A stretch of 64,000 nucleotides of DNA from Camelus dromedarius (taxonomy: Eukaryota): NCBI RefSeq assembly GCF_036321535.1, contig NC_087436.1, positions 77,130,001 through 77,194,000 on the forward strand, in the 5' to 3' direction. Made by a program: the position numbers and the translations under genes. Shown one piece after another: positions 51,467-64,000 of the stretch; position 1 is the first letter of the stretch, and every line of letters starts with the position of its first letter. Under the pieces are notes generated by a model. The model had not been told where the DNA came from and did no database searches. It saw only the letters and a program-made list of their open reading frames with translations.

Positions 51467-53994
51467 GAGAAACTTAACTTTATAGTTACATGGTTATTGG
51501 AATCAGTGGGGTTTTGTACATGCAAAGATAATAATAATACTATAGTTGATCTAGTGTCCTTGTCAGAGGGGTTATCTCATTAAGGCTAGACTAGCTTATT
51601 GAAAGTCTATGGTTTTCTATTTCTAAGAAATTAATTGCATGAAATTTTACTACCTTTGTTTTAATATCTGTTCATGGTTTTATAGGGACAGAGAATTGGG
51701 GTAACAAACTTTAATTTCTCTGTTATTTGAATTAGTTGTCAGTATACTAACTGATGTATTGATATAAAGTATCCAGGAAACTCTTGACTGAATTGTGAGG
51801 TAGACAAAATTTGTATTTTTTCTCTGCATTATTTCCCCAAAGGTCTTCTATTCTTAATCTCAAGTAGCTATTGTTCTTCTCATAAACTCCAACTCTCAAT
51901 TATATGATAGGCAACTCAAAAGCAATGGGATACATGACAATAACACATAGATTGATGTGAATTATTGTCAGTGTTCTAGTTCTAGAGTTGGCTGTTCAGC
52001 TCAGGGAAGTTCAGTATAAAATAAAAAAAGAAGAGAAAAGTTGGTCATGCATTTCATGGTGATTAATCTAATTCTGTGAACAAAGGTCTGTCTAACAGTA
52101 TTTTCTATTTTTAGATGATAAAGCTACAGTGCTTTCCAGGCTTATTTGCATTTTAATTGAGAACAGAATTTACTTCAAGTTAAATGGAATCCATCTCTTA
52201 ATCATTAAAACTCGGTATCAGATTGTTCTATTGTTTCCATTTCTAGAGATTTTGATTCTCCTGCATCTAATATCTGCTCACATTCTTTTGTGGAGGTTTA
52301 TTTCTTCATGTGCACAGTAAACATACATGTATTTGCATGTTGGTAGTAGGGGAAAGGAGCTGTCCGTATCACTCAGGCCATCCTATTGCCGTCGATTGCT
52401 GAAGGCATTGCTAATAGTGAAATTTCAGAGTGACAAGCCTTGGGCCATGTGATAGAAGGGGTATTCTTTTGGGCATCACATGATCTTCCCACTCCATCTA
52501 CTCCTAAGGTAGGTCCTGATAATACATATTTGAAAATATCGTTAATGTGTGTGGGAGCCTTTAGAACTACATCCTATGTAAAAATGGGGGCAATTTTTCT
52601 AAGTGGTGCATTCAGAGTGATGCATTAATTTTATAATACTAGTTTTAGAAGCATTACTTCCTTGGATTTCAGGAGTATTCTTTTGGGAGTTTCACTTTTC
52701 ATTGAAACCTCATCTATCACCAGATCATATTGATTCCAGTTCAGAAAGAGATCTTAAATTCGTTGACATCTGTCAGTTTTCACGGCCACTGTTCTGGTCC
52801 AATCACATCACTTCCTCCATAGAAAACCACCACCTTGGCCTCCTACCTGGTCTGGGTGCTTACATTTTGGCTCCTCTTCTCCACAAGCGTGATGCTTTTA
52901 CAAGTCTGATGCTTTTACAACAGAAACGCATTAGGGATGCCAAACTCTAAATAAACCTCAGGAACTTTTGTGATGAACTCTTAGGTTCCAGAAGCTTTAC
53001 TTATTGAGGATTTATGTTGTATTTCCTTGATTCAAAAATAATAAATTACAACTGATCTCCATATAAAGACAGGTGACACTTTAAAATAACAGTTTTGTCT
53101 TCATACTATACACTATGATTAGTTAGAACAAAAATAACTTTAATTATACTAGCTAGATACATTTTTAAAATTGGTCTCAGCTGGTATACAAGAATAATAC
53201 ATAATTGAGACCTTAAAAATTATGTCATGTCTACTACACCCTAGGAAAAAACAAAATTAAAAAACCCTATATTTAGATTATACTGAGAAAGTGTTATTTC
53301 TCTAGGGGAAGGCAGTATGAATTTGATTTTTCTCCTGCTCATTTACTTATATTCTGAAATTTCCAGACTTCTGCTTTTTAATATTAGTATCCAAATAAAT
53401 TGATCATCCATGCAGTAAGTTGCTTCACAGAGAAGAACTCTGCAATGGTGATATTCTGTGATATAGTTCTGTATAACACAATTATTTTTCTGTCATGTGG
53501 TAGAAAGATACAGTTTTGTTTTGTTTTTTTCTGATTACAACCAGTTCTATGGAATGGATGGTTCCATAAAAGCAATTTTACATTTTGATTTGTTTTCTGT
53601 TCAGTGTAATAAAATAAGGAAAGGACTTTTGCAATAAGAACTTAGCTGTATAAACCTTGTAATGATTCTATCTTGTATGAAGTAGATATTGTCTTCAGAG
53701 TCTCTTCATCTTTTCAATTTTAATCAGTTCAATTGACTATCTAAAGTAAATTTACTGAAGGAATAATAGTTTCACACACACACATACATACACACGGAGG
53801 GGGTCAGAGAAAGAGAAAAAGAAACTGTAAGAACTAGGAAGAGGTAAGACTAGAGTTTATGTGGTGGAGTATCATTAAATTTCAAGTTTTCTTCTATAAT
53901 AAAATTTCATTTTACCTGTTAATTCAACAAGTAGGGCTGGACATCAACTATACTTTGATAGTTCGGTCAAAGGTTGTGGTTTCTATTAATTCCT

Positions 53995-56892
53995 ATAAAA
54001 TATTTCTAGGTGATTTCAATATCTTCCACTACCCCAGTTTATCAATTCCTTGACCTTCTCTCTTCCATTTTTGTTATCTCTCAGTCTACGTCAGTCCCTC
54101 AATCCCAGTGCTATAAACTTGACCTTATCATTGTTGGCAAATTCAACCTATCCATAGTCTCAGTTTTGAGGAGACCATTATCCAACCACTATTTATCTCT
54201 TCAGTTCACTTTCTCAAGGACACCATTTCCAAAATTCTTCAAACTCACCAGGCCCTACAATTCCCTTATTTTATGTCCTTTTACCTTCTACTAATTTTCT
54301 CACATTTTCACTCATGTACTCAATTGCCAGTTATCCTTCAAAATTCCATGGTCCGCCTCTATAAGCACTCACTTGTAGACTCAATTGCTATTCCTTTGCT
54401 CCTGTCTCACTCTTTCATGTTTACCTGGTAAAATCCCAGACTTGGCAAAACTCAATTTTCTGCTTACAATGTGCCTATACCTATGATGGTGAACATGTCC
54501 AGAAAAAATGCTGTGTTGAAATTTACTTCTAAATTCATGATCACTAATTCAGATGTTTTGTTAGTGCTTCCAGCAATCCTGTTACATTTACCTAATCCAT
54601 TTACTTCCCTACTCTCCTAGATAACTTTTTTTATACCTTCTTTCATTTGTTCAAAAAATTCCCACCTCCCCCCTCACTGTCCTCATTCTCAGCTGATGGC
54701 CTTTATTCCCATCTAAGTGAAATAACACAAAGTAAAAATTTTAAAAGCTACTACCACTGCAGCAACTCATTTGTATCCATGTACTTTGACTTTACTCCTG
54801 TTTTTACCAGTGAACTGACTGTGCTTCAATTAAAAGCTCATCTTTTCACTGATATACTAGAGCCAGGCCCTTCTTGCCAAGTCAAGAACATCCCTCCAGC
54901 CACCCTCTCTACTTTCAACAGAACGTCCTCTCACTATTAAGTCATTTGCATCAGTGGAAAAAATTACTGTAATTTTTCTCATCTCATAAATCCCTGTCGT
55001 AAGTCCATATTTCACTCAAGGTAGCATATCATTTCTCTGTTCCTCTTTATGACAAAACTGCTTGACATAGTTATTTATACTTTCTGCATCCAGGTCTTCT
55101 CTTTTTATTTCTCACTTTAGAAAGAAATGTATTTAGATAAACCAGCACCTTGTAGTATACAAGTATATAAGATCTGTTTTATTCTTTCATAATTTCCTGA
55201 ACTAGTGAGTTTTATATAATTTTTATTTTAATATATTAAAATCTTTTTGCTTTCTATAATCTTAAAAACATGGCTATTAAATAAAGTCTCCCTTTTAAAA
55301 TTTCCTAATGAAAAGATACATTTTGTGTGGCATTTCACTTTAAAAAAAAATCATGAGGCATTTTGTAGCTAACTTTGTGACATGATAATTACCATTTTAC
55401 CTTGGAGTTGGCTATATTCACTAGCAAGAAAAGTAGTTAATTGCAATGCTCCCTGGTATGCTCTTACTGCAGGATGCTATGACTAGAAACACACACCAAT
55501 GTTTGATATCATAAAGTTGCAATGCCTTTCTTCTTGAAGCCATTCTAATTAGGTATCCTTCCATCCCCACTTCTCCACTGAATCTGCTCTTGCTCAGGTC
55601 ACCACTGATCTGTCTCCATGTTGTTTTTCCCAATGGCTGATCATCAGTCCTGGTCTGAGACAGTCACTTTATTCTTCTTGAGACAGCATCTCTACTTTGT
55701 TTCTAAGGCTTTTTCAGGAAAACATATTCCTCTAATTTCCCTCCTACCTCTTTGGTCATTCCTCTTCAGTCTCACTGACTGGTTACTTTTAATATCCCAT
55801 ATTTATAACTGCTTACGTACTCTAGAGCTAAGATCTTGACCCTCATATCCAACTACATGTCGTTATCTCCAAATTTATACCTTTAGCTTAGAATTCTCCC
55901 CTAAACTGCAGACTTTTTTATTCAAATGCCTACTGGACATCTCTACTTAGATATCTACTAGGCAACTCAAATTCATCATGTCCAAAACTGAACTTCTGAC
56001 CTTCCACTCCATTTCCAAAGTTTCTTCTCCCACAGGCTTTCCCATATAAGGAAGTGGAAAATCCATCCTTCCAGTTGCTCAGACCAAAAAATGTTTGAGT
56101 TACCTTGATCCTTCTCTTCCTATCTTACCCCAAATCAAATCTGTGAGCAAATCATATAAGATCTACCTCTAAAATATATCCAGAGTTGAATCGTTACTCA
56201 CTACCTTCACTATTACCTTTCTGGTCTACACACCACCATTTCTAGCCTGGAATACTATACACCATATAATAACTTCTTAAGTGGTCTGCCTGATTCTGTG
56301 CCCTTCTTGCTCCCCCTACCATTTTCTTTTCTCAACTCAGCAGCCAGACTGATCATATTCAGTTAGATCAGTTTAGTTCTCTACCCAACACTTTCAGTAC
56401 ATACCTTTTTCCTTCACTATACAAATTAAAGTCCACATAATGTCTTACAAAGCCCTGCCCAAACTGCCTTCTCTTCACTTTCTGACCTTACCTCTCACTA
56501 GTCTCCCCATTACTTACTTCACTGCAACTGACCTTAACATGTCATGCAAACTCCTACCTTAAGGACCCTGCTCTTGCTATTCCTACTGCTTAGAACACTT
56601 TCCCTCCATATCATACCCCTTCTCATGGGTCATACCCTTTCCTCCTTTGTATCTTTGCTTATACATCACCTTCTCAGTGAGGCCAACCCCACCACCTACC
56701 GTATGACTGAATGTGTATTTACTTGCTTATGCGTTCATAGTCTATCTCCCCATTAGAATGTAGTAAGTTCCTGGAGGTTAAGGATTTTAGTCTTGGAGGA
56801 TAAGGATTTTAGTCTAATTTTTTCTCTGCTGATTTTCAAGTGCCTAGAACAGTGCCTGGTTTATAAAAATGCTTATTAAATGAATGAATGAG
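53995..56892 (+). mobile_element. Long L2 remnant from the endonuclease region to the 3' tail, with an unassigned AT-rich interruption at ~55110-55530
   Basis: ctaggtgatttcaatatc (LGDFNI); cctactggacatctctacttagat; catgtccaaaactgaact; ccatccttccagttgctcag; tail agaacagtgcctgg...aatgaatgaatga. Confidence 0.88.
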
Positions 56893-58379
56893 TGAAACAC
56901 AATATAAATGTTTTTCATCTTCACCCTGTAATTTCATCATTCTTCAAGTCTTATTTCATACTTTACACCCTTTGGGAAGGCTTTATTTCCCCTCTTGCCC
57001 CCATATAAAGAGTAAATTAGCTGCCCCTCTCACCTGCAGTCATTGCATCCTATGCCAAGCCATATTTTTGCTCCTTATCACCCTGCCTGTTTTCACATGT
57101 GCCACCATGGAGGGCAGAGGCAAAGTGTTTACCATATGCTTTCAGTACTTGCATCATAATAGGTATCCAAATAATTACTTGTTGAATAAGTGAACCACAT
57201 ATATATTCTCTATTGGGATTCTACCAGTATCACAGAAATATTTGTCATAGGTGTAATATTTTCTTGAGGATTATCTTTATTGTAAGCTAAGATTTGTTTG
57301 GTGCTTTCAAACCTCTTCTTAAATCAGTAGTACATAAGTTCCTTTTGAATTAAATTTTAAAACATATTGTTGGCAACCTTGACAACTTGACTACTATCAA
57401 TTAATTAGTAAATGTTTTTAAGGATATTCTCATTATGCTTTAATAAATTTTCAGACCATGTTTTCTATCTTCGGGAATTGTGTTGATTGGTTGCCTACTA
57501 TCAGATTGAAATCCTAGATAAAATACAAGTTCAGTGTTTTAAATAATCTTTGTGTTATGATCTGTATTTAATATCTTGCTCCTCTTTGGGAGAAAGAGGT
57601 CAAGTAAGTTGCTTTAGATGAATCTAACTTCTTATAATACTTTTTAAGAACTAACTGACTTCATATAGAACTTAGGTATAATGATGAAAACCAAATGTTG
57701 ACTTTACATATGGTAAAGTTTAAAACAAAGTAAAAATTAATTTTCATTTTATTCCGGACACCATATGCAATGCAATATCATTTTAACAAAGTCCAGTTGT
57801 TTCACATTTTCATATATTTTAAAAGTCTCATAATGTCTCCAAATAGACCACTACACATTGCATAAATTTGTTGGAACTTAGATGGCCTGGAATAGGAATG
57901 TCAGTCCTGCAGTCAGCACCATATGTATTGTTCAGAGATTAAACTTGATAATAAATTATCAAGACTTAAAAAAAATTTTGAAGCAACATGAGTATATGGA
58001 AAAAAATTTAGAAGGCGTCTTCATATTTAGTCTTATTCCTTAGTTAAGAAGGAGTAAAAATATAGGATATTTGTTAGAAGACCTTCATAAAATTGCTAAA
58101 ATAAACATGGTATGTAAATGTTTGGCTATCTGAAAAATATGTACAAGTAGAGTATCATTTCTCATTGTTACAGAAAATGTCATTTCAGACTTTAATTCTA
58201 ATTAATTATATAATACACATGAAAAAATAACCTAAGTGTAATTGTTTTAAAAAGTATTATATGCAAGTTATATCCATTTTGAGAGTTATTTCAGGATCAA
58301 CCATCCTTTATTAAAACTGTGCATAAATAACAGTGAATCAGATTGGCTGAGCCACCTGTAAACATTACATGAAATCATT

Positions 58380-59239
58380 TGTAGCTGATAGTGTTTTAAA
58401 GAATGTTCTGCTTTTGTTTCCCAGATTTTGGGTAGATCTTGGTCCCTCCCCTATTCAGTGTGCTAGGGAAATGTTTATTTCTCCAGAGAAGGGAAAAATG
58501 CTGAGAAAAAAGGGAAAAGCAAGAGAATGTTTTGCTCCAGGAGGGTATAAGAATGGGGCTAGGCAGAAACTCAAAGGAGAATTGATATAGGCTTTGACTC
58601 AGTCTGGGGGAGTCCCTGAGAAAGGAGCCATGTACTCTGACTGCCTCTCTCTAATAGTTAAGCCGCAGGTGAGGATCAGCAGAGGTCTCAGTGGAGATGC
58701 CAGAGCAGAGGAGACCTAGACCTTACCCTTAGGTAGGCCTAGGACCTGGGGAGGGAGGACTAGCCCCCCAGGCAGAGATGGCTACATAACACCTCTAAGC
58801 AGACTGGCCTGAGCTTTACCCATAACTCTCCCATGGACCACCATGCTCTGCAGTGACTAAAAATACTCAGGCACCCAAGAGGGTCATGAAAATAGCAGAG
58901 AGAGTTTCTGGACAAGATCTTATGGATGAGAATTGGGCTTGACAGAATTGTAACCTCAGTAGACTAACATCCAAGGACCAGACCACAGATGAGGTAAGAT
59001 TCCGAGGGTGTGAGTGTGGACAGATGTTACCAAGGAACACCCCCAACCCTGTGTTTTAACACTATGTAGGACTATTGGCATGTAGACTCAGTCCTAAGCA
59101 AAAATAGCTGGAGTTTGGGTGAGTTTAGAAATTAAATTGTTATAGAAAAATAAAGGGTCTTTGTGGATTTTTGTTTTTTACTTTTCTTGGTTTTTCCTCA
59201 CAACTGAATATATAGATATAGCTTCATACCTACTTTACA
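58380..59239 (+). mobile_element. Solo Gypsy-type LTR (MamGypLTR-like)
   Basis: tgta...taca termini and 4-bp TSD catt on both sides. AATAAA at ~59149; 3' end cacaactga...ttcatacctac resembles recalled MamGypLTR ends. Confidence 0.7.
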
Positions 59240-60727
59240 CATTTCTTTTTTGAAACATATTGAAAATTTTAACTAAGATGTATCCTTGACTCAATAGACA
59301 GCCACAGTCATATGATGAGAGCTGAGAATTGTTTCCTTAGCTACTCAGGGGCCACTTGGCTGGCTTATGGAGCACTTTATATAGCTCTGATTGGAGCATT
59401 TTGTAGGGTTTGTAGAATAGGGATTGCCCTGACCTTGGGAATATTTGAGATCTATACAACAGGAGAATCCAGATACTCTTCATCCTATATACAAAATCAC
59501 CATGGGTAAAAATGTTCCTGTCTTTTGTGCCTAAAAATCAGTAGATAAAAGCCACACTAAGAGATTTTCAGGCTTCCAGATCCAATGCTGAGTAATTCCC
59601 AAGTTCATGGTCAATTGCCTTCTCCCCTTAATGTTTATAGATTTTCTCTGGAACACAGCTCTCCAGACACCAGAACAGGCCAAATGACAAGTTGCCAACA
59701 GAGAAATATGGGAAACGGTTGAGAGTACTTTCTAGACTGAGAACCACAGACTTCTAGAGCTGGAGGTCAGCTCTAGAAGTTTAGTCTTTCTTGAATACAA
59801 ATTCTGAAGATAACTTCCTGACCCAAGATGTTTTCATGCTGTTCTTGGTGACTAATGAAGGAAGATGTTTAAACCATAGGATGTGGTGTAGTTGGAATTA
59901 CATGTCTAAGTATGGCTGATGTAACTTAAACGTATTTGCTCATATACTCTAAATATGTGAAATTATGTAATTTTAGTTTAATACCTTATAAAAAGGAACA
60001 GCATGGTACCCTTTATTTTTATTAGTGTATAGCATGCTAAAGTATACAAGATTATGAATTAAATCTTGAATTTGTGTGAAAGCATTTTAGAACAAGCTTG
60101 AGTAGAGGAGGGGGAGTTAAATTTGAGTGTATTGACAATAGTGCTCTGCATATAGAGGAAACAAAGTTTTAAGATGCATTTGCTTTTACATGAAGTAGGC
60201 TTTTTCTTAAAACAGAATGAGAGTTAAATAAATACCAGAATCTTTTGTTATCTTCATGTGTGGCTTTTAGTCAAAAATACATTGTAGTGTACACTCATAG
60301 TAATTTTTTGTAGTCAGGTCTTCAATCTTGACCTTTAAGTGTGAATATTGGAATTTTATATCGTGATCTTATAAAGTTGCTGATTTCTGGGAAAAAAGTA
60401 GTAACTAGCAGCAGAAATTGTCAGGTCATAAATAATTTGAAGAACATTATACATTGGGAATATATAATTGTTATTTCTTCACATAGAAGTGACTATTACA
60501 GATGTTAGTATTAACTAGTCAGCAACAGAAAATCACCATACATTTTATTTCATTGAGATGAGTCATGATGAAGTTACCTGAAAAGAACATGGATTTATCA
60601 CACAACTGATTCCTTGATCATCCTCTGTTCTGCTTCCAGAAACTGCTTTTAAAAATACAATTGGAGCTTATAACTCATCTACTTCAAAATCCTGTTGGTT
60701 CCTTATCGTTCACAGACTCTTCACCTT

Positions 60728-60899
60728 CAGAGCCAAGTTCATGGGAGAGTGAGCTGTGCAGTTGTACAGAGTCCCACATTTAGAAGGGCTCCAGGCTTGG
60801 TTTAATGCTCTGTCATCAGTTTGAAATGATTAATAATTTTGAACAAGGTGCCCCACATTTCATTTTCCACTGGGCCCCACAGATTATGTGGTGAGCCTT
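60728..60899. mobile_element. MER53 hAT MITE
   Basis: agaagggctccaggcttggtttaatgctctg...tgaacaaggtgccccacattttcattttccactgggcccc. Confidence 0.88.
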
Positions 60900-61027
60900 C
60901 TCCAGCTGCTCCAGACAGAATTTATTCATTCCTTCTCTTTGTTCTTATACTTTTTTTGTACCTGTCAGAACTATGATACCAAATTACACTATAATTTAAT
61001 TGTGATCTGCTTTCTTTCCCAGACAGT

Positions 61028-61400
61028 TGTAGTGGATGCTGTTGGTACCCACCCAGATCTCTTTTACCAGCCAGTTTACCCATTCCTAGTTGCAGGGAGT
61101 GCTGGCTGTTAATGGCCTTGAACTAGCCTCTTCCAGAGAATTGTGCTGTTACAGAGATGCAAAACGTCCTCTGCCTTAGGTGGGACTGCTCTGTGGTGCC
61201 ACTGGTATTGCAGAATTCCTTGTGGTCTCCATTAGGATCAGCGAAAGTAAACTTTAGCTGAGCCCATGTCCTTGCCTTCCTTATCCTCTGACTTACCCTG
61301 CTTCCCTCACTGCTTTTCTCCTCGGAGCATTCCCTCAACGGTGCAGAAGTACCTGAATCCCTATGTCAAGCTCTGCTGCTAGGCACTCCTGTCTAAGCCA
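61028..61400 (+). mobile_element. LTR16C-like ERVL solo LTR
   Basis: tgtagtggatgctgt...cccagatc...ccctgcttccctcact...gagcattccctcaa...gaatccctatgtcaagctctgc. Confidence 0.85.
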
Positions 61401-61859
61401 ATCATGAATTAGGACCGAGACCTTTTGTCACTCGTCTCTACATCTCTGCCACCTTGCACAGTTCTTGGCACACTGTAGGTGTTTTATAATGTTTGAATGA
61501 GAGGCCTTTCTAGGATGGTTTATTTGAGTGGTAAATCTCTTTCAGTTTCGTACTGTCCAAGATGTAATTGTGGAGGGTATAAATTTTGCTTCATTAATCT
61601 TCCTTCATAGATAACACACTTCTCTCTAGCTTCCTGACATGGTCTTTGCAGTGGTCTTTCCTCAGCTCTAGACCATCTCTGTCTCCTCTCTCAGACTTTT
61701 AAAAATGTCTATTTCTTTGAGTGCCTATTTTAAACTCAGATTCTTTGGAAAGGTTTTAATAGAATATTAGAATGAGAGGAGCCTTAGAGAATATCCAGAA
61801 AGGAAATGATAAAAGAAAAACTCTTGGCGGTTCAAGAAGCAAGAAGAAAAGAAACAATG

Positions 61860-64000
61860 AAAGGTCAGAAGTGTGGTTACATATAATGTGCTATTCTATT
61901 CCTCATGAGCTTTGTAATTCTTATTTTGATAATCATTAAAAAATTACAGATAATCAGATGTAACTATCTGATACACAAGACAATGATATTTAAAAATGAG
62001 GAAGGTAAGGGACTTAAATGGAAATGAGGTATCCATACTTAAATAGGACTGGTAAAAATATTGATATCAGTGAGTTATAAGTCATATGTGGATAATATAA
62101 TTCTCTGAGCAACACTACAGAAACTACACAAAGGAATAACACTCAAAAACACTATAAACTGGAATCCTAAAAACATATTCAGTTAACCCACAGGAAGGCA
62201 AGGAAAGAGAAACAGAAGAATGAGTTCCAGGGGAAAGAAATAGAAAAAGATAATAATAAAATGGCAGACTTAAGTTCTAGGGCATTGATAATTTCCTCAA
62301 TGATGCCAATCAAAATATACCAATCAAAGACAAATTGACTGAATGAATTAAAAAATATAACACAACCATATGCTCTTTACAAGAAATTCTCTTCAAATTC
62401 AATGACATAGTTAGGCTAAAAGTAAAAGAGAAAAAGTTATACATGAAAACATTAATTCAAAAAATGCAGGAGTGACTATTTTAATATCTGATAAGAAAAT
62501 TACTAGAAGCAGGGATAAGAAAATTACTAGAAGCAAATAACATTGATAAAAGGATGAATCAACAAGAAAGACAGAATGATCCTAAATGTTTACCAACCAA
62601 ACAGTAAAGATTTAGAATTTAAGAAACAGAAGCTGATAGAGATGAAAGGAGAAGTAGACAAATCTACAATTATTGTGGGAGACTTTAACACCACCCCTCT
62701 AGCATCAGATAGAACTACTACCCAGAATCAGCAAGTATAAAAACGATCTGAACAGCACACTCAAACCAACAGCACCTAACTGACATATATAGAAGTCTCC
62801 ACCCAATGAAAAAAAGAACACAGTCTTTTCAAATACCCCTGGAACACTTAACAGAATGGAACAATTCCTAGATGATAAAACAAACCTCAACAAATTCAAA
62901 GAAACTGAATTCATACATAGAGCGTTCTCTGACCATAATGTAATGAAACTAGAAATCAGTAACAGAAAGATAACAGAAATATCTCTAAACATGTGGAAAT
63001 TAAACTACATCTTTAAATAATCCATGGATCAAAGAGAAAGACTAAAAGGAAATAGAAAGAAATACATAGGACTGAATGAAAATGAAAATACAACATAAAA
63101 ATAAATGGTCTGCAACTGAAGTGTTGCTTAGAGGGAAATTTATAATTTATAAATTCATAAATTATTTATAATTTATTGCTTCCATTGCAAATGAGGTAAA
63201 GCCTGAAATAAACTAAATTCTTAGCTCAGAAAGTAGAAAAAGAAGAGCCAGGTAAACCCAAAGCCAGGAAATCCAAGGCAAAAAGAAGGAAATCATAAAG
63301 GTCATTAAAGATAAGAGCAGAAACAATGAAACAGTAAAGTAGGAAAACAATAGAGAAAATCAGTTGAAACAAAAAAATCCATAAAATAAATAAACTTCTA
63401 ATAAGACTAACAAAAATGAAACAAATAAGACACAAATAGCGAATACCAGAAATAGGGGATGTTGTGACAAATTCTACAACCATTAGAAATTAATATATGA
63501 ATAGTATGAACAACTTTAATATATTTGCCAATGTAGAAGAAATGGACCAATTCCTTAAAACCTGTAAACTATCAAATTTCAACCAAGATGAAGCAGATAA
63601 TCTGAATAGATCTTTAATAATTTAAAAAATTAATTCATAATTTAAAAGCTATTGAAGAATAAATCTCCAGATCTAGATAATTTCACTAGAGAATTCTAAT
63701 AAGCACTTTGAAAAGTAATAACATTTAACTTTGCCCAGTCTCTTTCAGAAAATAAATGAGGTAGGAGCACTTCCCAACTTACTTTAGGAATCCAGTATTA
63801 TCCTGATGCCAAAGCCAGAAAAAGGTAATAATGCAAATAAAGACTACATAAGGAAAAGTATCTCTCTTAAATTTAGACTCAAAATTTCTCAACAAAATAT
63901 GAGCAAACTGAACCCAACAATGTATAAAAAGAATTATATGCCACAATCTAGTGGAATTTATTCCTGGTGTGCAAGGCTTGTTCAGCATTCAGAATCAACC
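61860..64000 (+). mobile_element. Old L1 (L1M4/L1MC-like): inter-ORF region and decayed ORF2 from EN toward RT, runs off the window edge
   Basis: ORF2-like ATG at 62261; IVGDFNT at ~62672; ttctctgaccataatg (FSDHN); gaagaaatggaccaattcct; ccagatctagataatttcact; atcctgatgccaaagcca; tttattcctggtgtgcaagg. Many stops. Confidence 0.92.

Noticed and set aside
59312..59509. Hydrophobic 65-aa ORF
   Set aside because: No recognisable family, splice signals or other support; its length is consistent with chance.

Overview
This is AT-rich eutherian genomic DNA, intronic or intergenic in character, made largely of fossil transposable elements: L1, HAL1, L2, MIR, ERVL-MaLR/ERVL/ERV1/Gypsy LTRs, Tigger and hAT-Charlie. 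The young L1 3' tails resemble cetartiodactyl (probably camelid) L1, and I saw no Alu, BovB/Bov-A, PRE1 or rodent SINEs, so a camelid source is inferred but not proven. I found no intact protein-coding gene, RNA gene or CRISPR array. The supplied ORFs are L1 fragments or chance ORFs. The most notable items are: (1) a near full-length decayed hAT-Charlie transposase (BED finger to dimerisation domain) at about 6.7-8.4 kb, invisible in the ORF track; (2) an L1 with both ends but multiple internal deletions, carrying a nested young L1 tail with a possible 3' transduction; (3) four co-oriented solo ERV LTRs within 2.5 kb; (4) a solo Gypsy-type LTR with a TSD; (5) a 117-bp tandem duplication plus many short ones; (6) speculative enhancer, CTCF, recursive-splice and microexon candidates. 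I cannot support a claim of a novel biological system. Repeat family names come from recalled consensus sequences, not from a database search, and boundaries without TSDs are approximate.
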